Of a stretch of DNA of 64,000 nucleotides, positions 53,690-64,000 are shown piece by piece (positions within the stretch are counted from its first letter, which is position 1; every line of letters starts with the position of its first letter). The notes under the pieces are model-generated. The model had not been told where the DNA came from. It saw only the letters and a list, made by a program, of their open reading frames with translations, and made no database searches. A program made the translations under genes and the position numbers. Origin of the DNA: Heterodontus francisci (taxonomy: Eukaryota); contig NC_090372.1 in the NCBI RefSeq assembly GCF_036365525.1, forward strand, positions 39,618,246-39,682,245, written 5' to 3'.

Positions 53690-53997
53690 CCGTGTGAAGT
53701 GTAATTAATGTTGTAATGTAAGGAATGTGGTGGCCAATTTTCACACTGCATGGTCCCATAAAAAGCAATGTGATAACCGGATAATCCATTTCTTTAAAAT
53801 TGTGCCTTAGGATATCTTGAGTCTACTTGACAGGGAAGACAGGTGCCTGGCCTGAAAGATGGCACCTTCAACAGTGCAGCATTCTCTTTGTACTGCAGTG
53901 AAGTATCAAACTAGATTATGTGTTCAAGTGTCTGGCTGAACCCACAACCTTCTGACTCAGAGGCACGAGTGCTACCAACTAAGCCATGGCTGACACT
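53690..53997 (-). mobile_element. DeuSINE (SacSINE1-like), decayed
   Basis: Similar to 46890-47357, with the head at about 53997. Confidence 0.7.
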
Positions 53998-54859
53998 ACA
54001 CTCTCATCAGCTCAAATTTCTTCAAGTGCTCAGTCATGTGGTTCCTAATTATAACATGCAATATATCCTGGTTTCTCTCGCACCTTCCTTAAATAATGGA
54101 GTTAGATTTGTAATTTTCTAATCTAAAGGAACAATTCCTGAATCGACAGAGCTTTGGAAGATTATGGTTAAATCATCTGCAATTTCCTTACTTCCTTTAA
54201 AACTCTGGGGTGGAAACCATCAGGTCCTTGGATTTGTCAGTCTTTAGTGCCATCACTTTTCCCAATACTGTTTACTTACTTTTGTTAACTTGAGTGAGTT
54301 CCAGTCCTTGATTGATCATTGGTTTCCCTGGCATATCAGATATATTATCCTCTTCCTCGACAGTGAAGACACAAAGTAATTATTCAACAAGTCTGCCATA
54401 ACTTTATTTTCATTTGCGATATTACCCACGTTTGTTTTTAAAGGGTCCACATTACCCTTGACTATACTTTTTCTTCTCATGTCACAAGCTTTTTGTGTGA
54501 ATGTTGCTATCCGTCTCATGTTCCATTTCATAGTCCCTTACTGCAGCTCTTACTATCTCTTTTCTATTCCCTTTGGTGTTCTTCATATCTTTCTCAGTTC
54601 TCTGGATCTAAACTATTTGCACTTTTCTATGTTTTTTTCTTTAGTTTTATGTCATCTCTCATCTTTTGTTGACCATGGTTGTTTTATTGGTAAGTAGAGC
54701 TCTTGCCCCTTAGAGGTATATACTAATCCTGTGTTAAACTATTTTTTAAAAACACTTCGCACTGTCCATCACTAATTTTGCCCACTAACAGTGTTGGCCA
54801 GTTTGCAGTCATCAGTCTCTGTCCCATCCTGTTAAGATTCTAGATTTTAGGAAGGTTAA

Positions 54860-55639
54860 TGTTGAAGAAAATCCAGATTGTGCCCAATTGTTGGACAAAT
54901 TCTCCGGACTCAGACGTTGAGAACAAACTTTTTATTGCATGATATCATGGGGGAGCACACCTTACCTAAATGCAGTCCAGTGCTGCTCCCGCCAACTACA
55001 AATCGCCGTGGACTTATATAGTATAAAAGAAGCAGAGCTAGCAGTTTCACAATTAAGCATAAACTACAGGACAACCACAAGACCACCTGCAGCTCTGTGC
55101 CCTTTGCAATGTCCGAGGTCAGTGGAGCGTTAGTTCGAGCATAACAAGCTATTGTTCCCTATTTAACGTACACACTCCAGGTACTATATTTGGCCGTTAC
55201 TTCTGGCTAGGTTGCACAAACATGATAAGAGCGGAAGAGTCAGTAACGAATACTCTGCTTTCACTTCCCCAAAATCCATCATGAGCTCTGTCCTTTCCTA
55301 AGCCAGATGACTGTGGTCAGTTGCTCTGTCTACATTTCCTGATCATTGGTTAGGTTAGCTACAAGCTGCGTCCTGTTTCTCTATTTTTACAAAGTTAAGA
55401 AATAATTAGCAAAGCTCAGAAAATTCTCCAACAATCCCTCCTTTTATCATACCATGATAACACAATATCATCGTATGTGGAGGGGAGAGGTATTTAAGGT
55501 AGTCATTGAAGCATAATTTATTTCCTGCCATCGCGCTGTACCAGCCGCAAGGCCAAGCTAGCAATACATGATTGATTAATCTCAGCTTAAATGTCCCCAT
55601 AAAATTCTGTTCTTAAAATTCTAAAATTCTGTTCTCACA
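54860..55639 (-). repeat. 3' LTR (780 bp)
   Basis: The - strand reads TGTGAGAAC...TTCAACA and is preceded by the PPT AAGAGGGGA. TATATAA at 55020-55014 and AATAAA at 54936-54931. Confidence 0.9.
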
Positions 55640-56043
55640 GTCCCCTCTTGACTGTTCAACAACCCTTTTAAGAATCCTTCCCTTGATCCCACCTAGGTGC
55701 CTTTAATGGTCTCTATTTGTCTAGAAACAGCCTTCAACACCCGGAGGGGTCGCACTCAATACGTCGCCTGCTTATATCACAAGGGGGCAGCGGGAATTTT
55801 GTAAAGGCATAAGTTTTGCAGGGGCTTCAAATACTTGCTTACAACATAAAAGGTGGTACACTTGTACAATTAAAAATTCATTTAAACATCACTGTTACAT
55901 AATCGATTGTATAAACATAATACAATTTCATAAAGTACATTGATCATTCATTTGCTCACTTTAAGTACATCTGAGAAGGTTATCCAATTACCCTTTTTAT
56001 GGCATAACTAATTGTCCCTCCTTTTACAGAGCAAGTTCAAACA

Positions 56044-57760
56044 CTAATTGCTTTTCGGGTAGCTGTCCAACCTGTATTCATACATCCTCTTACATTGCCT
56101 AATTAATTTCTTAAGTTGCCAAATTAAGTACGTCACATCTAACACCATGATACCCAAAACCACTATCAGGACATGGGAGATAATTCTAAACCAGGGGTGT
56201 ATCTGCACCTCTGACCCCCAGTTCCATAAGTCCTCCTTCCAGGTAGAATCATTTATCTTGTCAATCTCATCTTGTCGCATCTTCGACTGTTGTTCCAGCT
56301 TGCAATGGCTTCCAGCTGCTGTCTCTCTTTACCCAAGCGTGTGAGCAATGGCTGGATAGTATATTCATATTCTCGGTGGTAATTTGTCAAATCCTCCTTA
56401 ATACATTCTGTCACAGTTATCGTTTCTGTCTTTTGCTCATGTATCTGTACCAACTCCATCTTCCCTACTCGGGTTGGTAATTGTGGGTTGAACCAAAACA
56501 TACTGTTGTTCACCGGACAAGTCCGTTTATGTCCATACTGGTACTCCTTCGCTGTGGTGGTTAAGCAATATCTCCCCTTTCCCATATAGGCCACATGGGT
56601 TAGTCCTGACAATGCTTTCCTAGTCTTCATGGTGCAATTTACAGTGGTATTAAATCCACATTTTGATTCTGCCGTTTTATATATAGGACGAGGACATATG
56701 ATCACCTCGTTTTCCAGATTACACTCAGACAATGGACAATGTTGTTCCAATTACCTCTTTTCCAATTTCCACAACATATTGTAAAATATTATTGTATTTT
56801 ATGTAATCTTTTCCCCTTATCACTCCTATATTTTCTACTTCATGTAATTGTATCCCTAATTTATCTCTCAGAATTACAGGTATTCCCAACACTACTCCAA
56901 TACTCATAGATCCTGTATTTAAACATTCCTGACCTTTCCAATCTTAGGTTTTCTGAGTTGGCACCTGATAATTTTATCATTTGTGTGACTAGCAAAGTCC
57001 TCCAACTGGGTGTAATTGATCCAAACTGGTACCTGTCCTGCATCAATTTGCCTCCAATTTTCCTTCGTTTGTTCTAACATCCACGGACCATATGTACTAC
57101 AAACACTTTCATTATTTGAAATGTCGTGGACCTCGTTACCTTTTCTATGATATCATTAATAGTATGAGCATGACCTTCCCGTACTCTCACCAGTCCTGTC
57201 ACCGTTTTTGACAGATCCTGTCCTACTTTAGCTACACCACTTCTGTGCCTTTTGTTCCTTTTTTTAAAAATATCCTTTACTAGCTGACTGAGAGTTCTAA
57301 CCTTCTGGTCCACATTTTCCAAATCTATAGTATTGACAATTGAAGTTCCTGTATTAAGGACTGTGGCTGCGTCATTCACTAAACTACGTTTATGACTCTT
57401 TCCCTTTATTATTTTCTCATTACCAAATTCCTGTCTCAACAATTGTTACAGTAATACCTTGTACAACTCTCGGGTCTTCTCAGGGCACCAGTCAGGTAGC
57501 TGGATATCTGAGAAAATCAATATTACCGGTACCAACTCAAGCTTTACATTATCATATACAATTTTATTAGGTTTTATTATCACAAGTCTATTTTCTAGTC
57601 CTGTAGTCAAGACCGGGCAAGGGAGACCAGTCACTTTTGGCTGTTGGGTCGTAACCTTACTCGTCGGTAATTCGGATGTGGGGTTAACCGTGGGGGTTGT
57701 TGCTTCTTGTCTGTTTAATCTCATAACCAGAAATAGGAACAGTCCTTTTTTTTTAGAGCT
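56044..57760 (-). pseudogene. env: env-like class I fusion glycoprotein, broken into about 6 pieces
   Basis: In order: Thr/Pro-rich N-terminus, WCP motif, furin-like SHKR|SLVNDAATVLNTGTSIVNT, heptad-like segment, Cys-rich region (CPLSEC..IICP..KCGF..NC..YCLTT..TCP), Trp-rich membrane-proximal region, TM IISHVLIVVLGIMVL, short tail. Confidence 0.75.
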
Positions 57761-57919
57761 TTAATATCTTGCGCTAGGGGAGTTCGAGGATTGTCTGCAC
57801 TCACTTTTGCTCTGTCTCATGCTTTCCCTATGTTATTATTATTCCCAAGTAAGAAACCTTTTCCTTCATTATCGGTGCCATTTTCAGCCTAACTTTCACT
57901 CTAACCTTCTTGAAGGAAG

Positions 57920-58075
57920 GTGGAATATCGATGGATTATTATAAAATCCCTGGGAGAGACATGTCCAGATGTACTGTTGTCCCTTGAACGTAAATGCAAA
58001 TTTATTTTGACACTCTTGTGCCAACTGTATGGACCGGAACCCATTGCTCATGTCCAACACAGTAAACCACTGATT
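57920..58075 (-). pseudogene. pol: Retroviral reverse-transcriptase remnant (motifs A-B), not in the ORF track
   Basis: Manual translation gives NQWFTVLDMSNGFRSIQLAQECQNKFAFTFKGQQYIWTCLSQGFYNNPSIFH, matching the retroviral RT pattern xFTVLDLxxxFxSIxL...FAFT..QYTWTxLPQGFxNSPxxF. Confidence 0.85.
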
Positions 58076-60611
58076 TGTTATTTTCTAAAACTTTGATTGT
58101 CCTCTTAAATATCAGATAAATTTCCCTTTTAGTGCTTTAAATAACCACTCATATCAATTAAATTTTGTTTATTGATTCCAATTTCTTATGCCCAGACTTC
58201 GTTGTACTTTTTGTACGTTAAGGACAGAAGTGTTTGCAACTATCTTTCCTTCTCAAGCATTTTGTCTCATTGATAAAGATGCTATGATATTTGATGTCTG
58301 CAATTCAGTTTTAAATTCTCTAAGCTGCTGGATCTCTTGTTGTGGCATCAGTTCTCATGTGGCCTTGGAACCTGCCGTCACCTGCTTAAAAAGAATCCCT
58401 TGTGGCACTGCCCCTGAGCCCAATGGTTTAATTTGTCCAATTCTATCTGTCAACTTGGAAATGTAAAATTTGGCAATGTCCAATATGTATAAATTTGACT
58501 CTCAGCTATGCAAAAAGCTGCAGCGGGTTAAGTTCTTTGTTTGTCTCCAAGGGGGCGGAGCAAAACATTCTCAGCTACGTCACTTTACGAAACCTTTCTT
58601 TTCTGATCGAAAAGAACTATCTATTTTAAACCTTTTCAATCCTTTTGGTATCCTTAGGGTTTAAAAACAACACAATCATGTGTAACATTTTTCAACTTCA
58701 AAGGAAAGCATCTCCATCAGGAAAGACAGCATTTTAGATTAAACTCCAATTGTTTCCAAACTTTTTGTATCTCTTGTCAGAGGTTCCTAATCCAAGGAAT
58801 TTTACGACAAAGATGATTCCAATTCCAATTCATTGCAATAATATTTAAAAATCAAAACTGCCGATGTTATATGAGTGAGTCCCCTGTTTGGAACTTAAGA
58901 CTCCTCCAAAACTCGACATGCTAAACTTGAAAGTTCATTGTGGTTGCAAATGACATTTCCAGTTCTTCAACTTAAACAGGTCAATTAACCTTAACAGTAT
59001 TAATTCAATTCAGACTTATTAACTTATAATACTTATTAACTACACACAGAACAGAATAGCACGTGCATATTTTAAAAGATAGGTAAATTACATCATTTTC
59101 TTGCTCTTTCTTCAGGCGCCTTTTCAAATGACTGTAATAAAACCAAAAATTAAAGAAAAAGTTATTTAACATTCTTACAACAAAAGACTTAACACTAGGT
59201 CCTTACACAAACTTTAATCTTTTTAAACAGACAGAATCTTTCCTATACCTCCTTTTCTATCCTTTCTTTCCCTTAAAACAAGATAACAGTCAGTAAAACA
59301 TGTCTTCAAATTTAGACTGTAAAATAAAACAATAGCAGAGTTTCCAATTAAAACAATGTTCCAAACCCCAAATTAGATTTCTGCCAGACATCTTCAGACC
59401 TTCAAGGCTGAAGCTTATCCCTCAGAAAATTGTTCATTGCCTTTTCACAGTTGCAAAACCAACTAAAAATAAAACTTTAACTTAAAATATAATTCAATTT
59501 TATATCCCATTCCTGGGTGCACAATCTTAAATCGAGATGAACACACTCAACAATCACTTTTCACACTCATTCAATTCCAAACAACTTAATAGACTCATGC
59601 TTTTAACATTAAAGCCAGTCAACAAAGAGTTAACGACAGTCAGTTCTACAGAATACAAGCTGTTCTTCCCAGATATTCAATTCATTCGCGGAAGCTTCCG
59701 ACATTCTCACAGTCGAATCAAAGACACAGTTACTTGTTTGACTCTAAAACATACCTATCTTTAAAACACATATTTACCGTGGCGCTTCTGCATCTCCTTC
59801 GAGGGGGCAAACGGACGTGGGTTGCCTTTCTCCAGAGGACATGGTTTACTTGTCCCCGGGGGCAACCCTTCCTTCTTGGAAGCCGTTGAGTCCACTCTTA
59901 CTTCTACTTTCTCAAAACCTTCTAAATTTACGAGTTCTTTTCTATGAATCAAGTAGCATTAAAACACAGGAAAACAAACAAGACACAACAAAACGAATAG
60001 ACACAAGGATACGAACAGGCGCAGTTAATGTTAAATTCTCAAGGTCAGCTAACCGGCACACCCCTGTCTCTCAGGCCAACGCTCTTTCGTTCTCCCTCCG
60101 TCCCACAGCCTCTCTCTCTAGGGCCAGATTCCGGCTCGTGTACTCAGGAGCAACGATCACGTGCCTGTCAGGTCAATTTGGTAGTTTAGTTACAGCCCCA
60201 GTCGTTCACCGTCCCAGACGGTTGACCTAACTCCTTTTGTCCCACAGCCTCTTTACTCCACCCGGTGGAGGAACAGCTCGTGCAAACTCAAATTAGGATC
60301 ACCAAATTCCCAGAATTTAGTACTACTACTACACCGAATTCGCCACATTTTACTGGATTTTCTACTTATCTCCTTTTCAAGTTCCCTTCGCGGAATTTTA
60401 GATCTTTTCTGATCAGGTTTCAGCCAATTCTTCCTTGACCCCTTTAGTCCCCCTCTCCCAGTTATCTGGCCTTCACGTGGGGCCCAGTCGCCCTCTTAAT
60501 TCCGGCTCAGGCTGGGTGATTGAGACACTAGGGTCGCAGAAAAGTTGACTTACCCCTGATCCTGTCGATTTGTTTTTTTACTAGGTTCTTTTGGATCCCG
60601 TGAACTCAGGG

Positions 60612-60629
60612 ATCCTGCCGACTACGCCA
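60612..60629 (-). other. Primer-binding site for tRNA-Ser
   Basis: The - strand TGGCGTAGTCGGCAGGAT is the 18-nt complement of the vertebrate tRNA-Ser 3' end (ATCCTGCCGACTACGCCA) and lies 3 nt from the U5 end at 60633. Confidence 0.9.
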
Positions 60630-60632
60630 AAC

Positions 60633-60866
60633 TGTTGAAGAAAATCCAGATTGTGCCCAATTGTTGAACAAATTCTCCGGACTCAGACGTTGAGAACAAA
60701 CTTTTTATTGCATGATATCATGGGGGAGCAGCACTGGGAGCAGCACTGGACTGCATTTAGGTAAGGTGTGCTCCCCCATGATATCATGCAATAAAAAGTT
60801 TGTTCTCAACGTCTGAGTCCGGAGAATTTGTTCAACAATTGGGCACAATCTGGATTTTCTTCAACA
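60633..60866. repeat. Inverted repeat with perfect 98-bp arms and a 38-bp spacer, replacing the 5' LTR
   Basis: 60633-60730 is the reverse complement of 60769-60866; both arms derive from the LTR end at 54860-54957. Confidence 0.95.
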
Positions 60867-61649
60867 GTTAACATTTACTGTGTTAAGCATCTCCTTTTCA
60901 AACCTAACATGGAATTCAATTGTATAATGATGACTTGGATTAATGCTCCCTTTCTGTTAAATTATTAACTAAGTCTGGCTCATTCCTCATTACTAAATCT
61001 GGTATTGCCTGCCCTCTTGTTGGTTCTGGAACATATTGCTCCTGAAAACTATCTTGAATGCAATCAAGAAATTGAATGTTTTTCTAACTGGAGCTAATTT
61101 GCTGCTCCTAATCTATAGGAAAATTTAAGTCTCCATTAAAATAACTCAGCTTTGCTACAAGCCTCTCTTTAGTTATGAGGAAAGGTGAGAAAAACTGCCA
61201 TTGTTTTCCGTAGAGCAGAGAAGATGGTGATTTAATGGAGGTTGTCAGGAAAAAAAAACTATATGCTTATTGAGACTCATTAATTTCATTGGTTGGAAAC
61301 TTACCTTAGATTTTTAATGGAGAAAAAATCCTATAAGTTAAATTTTAAAAATCTAACAGCCAAGATGGCCACTGCAATTTACATTTGAAACACCAGGAGA
61401 TTGACCTGGAGACAAAAATCTAACAAAAAGCCCAGCCAGGACAATGGCTTGCTCTCAGTGATTGAATTACCTAGAAATAAAGCTAGAATAGCTTTATTAG
61501 CTTGGCCATCAAGGCCATTCCCACCCATTGACTTTGAAGGAGCCAACCCCTCCAAGTATGAATGGACCTCCTGGAACATGTAGAACCTTGAATTTCATTA
61601 GAAGATTCCAGAACCACCTCATTAGAAACAAAGGGGGATTGATAGAACC

Positions 61650-63090
61650 ATGTGACTAATGTAGGGAAACCAGTTGTAAAGATCTGGAATGCACTGCTTG
61701 ATAGGGTAGTCAAAGTAAATTCAATAGTAACTTTCAAAATATATATCCACAAAAAAGAAAATTTCACAGGGATATAGGGAAAGAGCAGAAGAGTAAGACT
61801 GATTAGATAGCTTTTCAAAGAGCCAGCACAGGCATAATGGGTCGAATTGCCTTATTCTGTGCTGTGTGATTCTATGAAATTCTGGAGGAGGCCTGTCTCC
61901 ATGGTCTCCTTTCTCAGAGGTGATAATGCTATGGCAGAATTCAATGCTAATGCACATTAAGTGCTTGTACTCGTACTGATCACAAGTGGAATTTGTCACC
62001 TTACACAGAAATTAAAATTTGGAAACTGGTCATTCAGCCCAACAAGTGCATATTGATGTTTATCCTCCACACAAGTTGCAGTCCTAAATTGTGAGAACAC
62101 GATATAAAAACAAGAAATGCTGGAACCACTCAGCAGGTCTGGCAGCATCTGTGGAAAGAGAAGCAGAGTTAACGTTTCGGGTCAGTGACCCTTCATCGGA
62201 ATCTCAGATCTCTTTATTCCCCTTTCTGTCGACCAATATCTAATCTATTCTGATATGTTATAGTCTGCGTTTCATTAATTATGTCCAGTAGTGCATTCCA
62301 CATCCTCACACCCTTCTATGTTAAAACAAACATCTCATGCCATCTGAGCTAAATCTCCTTTTTCCTGTGATAGTTGGGTGCAGACCTCCTCATTTTATTT
62401 GTTACATGTTACTTTCCTTTTAGTTTGTTTCTTTGTTTCCTTACTTTTTTTCATCCCTGTTGTGCACAGTATCACTATTTGTTCAGACTGATCTTCGGGA
62501 TATCTTGATATCTAAATATTCATATGTTGACTGCTTATTGCTTTTTTATTTCGTCTTTAACTGCTTTCCTCTTTGGATTTCTAAATTGTTTATTTGTCCT
62601 CATCGGCTTAGAATCATCTGTATTTGTTACTGTTTTATAAATAAGTCTTTTTTTATATAAAAAATAGACTGATCACAAAGATATTTTTCACAAGATTTGG
62701 GTGCATACATTCCAAATGCTGGACTGTATAGTCCAGTAGAATTTTGAAAGGAGTTGATAGGGTAGATACAGAAAAGGTTTTTCCACTGGTGGAGGAATCT
62801 GGGATAAGGAACATAACCTTAAAATCAGAGGCCAGACAATTCAGGAAAGAAATTGGGAAAGACTGCTTCACGCAAATGGTGATAAAAGTGTGAAACTCCC
62901 TCAAAAAGCAGCAAATACTAGCTCAATTAATCATTTTCAATCTGAAATCGAGATTATTGCTGGACAAGGGTATAAAAGGATGTAGATCTAGGCAGGCGGA
63001 TGGAGTTCAGATATAGATCAGCCATGATCTCGTTGAATGGCAGAACAGGCTCGAAGAGCTGAATGGTCTACTCTTCTTAATATGTACAAT
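61650..63090. mobile_element. Short CR1 3' fragments (61650-61876 +, about 62000-62360 -, 62735-63090 +)
   Basis: Decayed CR1 C-terminal and 3' UTR text such as ..cagccatgatctcgttgaatggcagaacaggctcgaagagctgaatgg... Confidence 0.65.
62103..62201 (-). mobile_element. PLE terminal fragment with a minimal hammerhead motif
   Basis: Near-identical reverse complement of 1079-1178; the - strand reads CCGATGA-A-GGGTCA-C-TGACCC-GAAACGTT-AACT. Confidence 0.8.
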
Positions 63091-63474
63091 TAAGATTAAG
63101 ATGTATTTATTATCTTGAAACAGGTCCTCAAGTGTTTTCAAACTCATAGCATTACATGATCGGTATGACAGCATTATAATATTGCATGTTTTTTTTTTGT
63201 TGTGCACTCAGTTTTTAATCTAGTGTGTGTATTAAATCAACACGTTTTCCAGGTAGGCGATCCTGCATTAAAATTACAATCTCCTATTTTAAAATGTATT
63301 CCTTTTTTGTCAACAACTGCCATACCTGAAATTCTAAACCAATCTCCAGAGAAAAATTTGTATATTGAGAGTTACAGTTGGCTTGAAGCATTCAAGGCTG
63401 TGATTTGATTTGTTGGGTTTTCTTGTTGCATTGTACACGCAAATGGTAATAGTATCCAATTTTACAGGCTAGCT

Positions 63475-63611
63475 ATGTCTACGGAAGCAGATGCAGTTGG
63501 GAAGACGTCAAACAGGTTTGAAGGAAAGAAGCATGCTGACCTGACTCTGGAATACTGGATCACAAGTTGGGAAAAGCAACAAATTAGATTTCATCTCGAT
63601 GAAGTACATGA
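63475..63611 (+). CDS. TPMT: First coding exon of a second, tandem TPMT-like gene
   Basis: Acceptor tttacag ends at 63467, ATG at 63475. Encodes MSTEADAVGKTSNRFEGKKHADLTLEYWITSWEKQQIRFHLDEVH then GA|gtgagt. Matches the TPMT N-terminal exon ([23 protein letters not shown]) and ends in the expected phase 2. Confidence 0.85.
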
Positions 63612-64000
63612 GTGAGTGGTACATTCCCATTTTGTTCCAAGCCTGAGGAAGTCTAGTGGATGCAATCACCTCCTGGTACTAAGCTGTCTCCAATAAATCT
63701 TCTAAGCAAAGGAAGACCATTGGGGCCTTCCCTTCCCCGTCGTATTAATCAAATAAAGCCTCTGGGTGATCAGACCATTCATCACCAACCACACCCAAAT
63801 GCAGAGTGAATCAACAATGTTATGGCACAAATCCTTTTCAATACAAATCCCGCTCAAAGGTTTCAGAACAGTGCTATCCAGACCCAGTAGATGCTCCATT
63901 GGGGTGATTTCCAACTGGCAGCTGCCCATTTCTTGTGTAAAAAAATAACATGCAGCTGGCAGTTGAAAATCTGGTGAGGCTTTAGGGGACACCTCAACCA

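Larger units (their letters stand above)
54860..60866 (-). mobile_element. Defective endogenous retrovirus-like element (possibly lokiretrovirus-like) with a fold-back 5' end
   Basis: 5-bp TSD GTTAA (54855-54859, 60867-60871); 3' LTR 54860-55639; PPT at 55640-55650; env remnants; RT remnant; tRNA-Ser PBS. Confidence 0.9.
54020..61170 (-). mobile_element. Old CR1 (endonuclease/linker region) split by the LTR element; halves 54020-54859 and 60872-61170
   Basis: The - strand right half reads LDLVMRNEPDLVNNL..., and the CR1 linker text continues on the left of the insertion. Confidence 0.6.

Noticed and set aside
54860-60866. DNA transposon with 131-bp TIRs
   Set aside because: The PBS, PPT, full 3' LTR, RT and env remnants show a retroviral origin; the apparent TIRs are inverted R-U5 copies.

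Overview
Eukaryotic genomic DNA, very probably from a shark or other cartilaginous fish (it carries an HE1-type V-SINE and SacSINE1-like DeuSINEs). The only host gene content I can support is thiopurine S-methyltransferase (TPMT): seven coding exons of one copy on the + strand (6240-35866; its ATG exon lies upstream of the window) and, 27.6 kb after its stop, the ATG exon of a second tandem TPMT-like copy (63475-63611). Most of the rest is nested transposable elements: CR1, L2 and RTE LINEs, Penelope-like elements with minimal hammerhead-ribozyme motifs, SINEs, Buster-type hAT elements, MITEs, solo LTRs and G/A-rich minisatellites. The most unusual object is a 6.0-kb minus-strand endogenous retrovirus-like element (54860-60866). 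It has a tRNA-Ser PBS, a PPT, a small RT remnant and a decayed env that looks like an F-type class I fusion protein (lokiretrovirus-like, by inference). Its 5' LTR is replaced by a fold-back of exactly the predicted R-U5 segment, so it integrated with two U5 ends (5-bp TSD GTTAA). Family assignments come from motifs recognised by eye; no searches were run.
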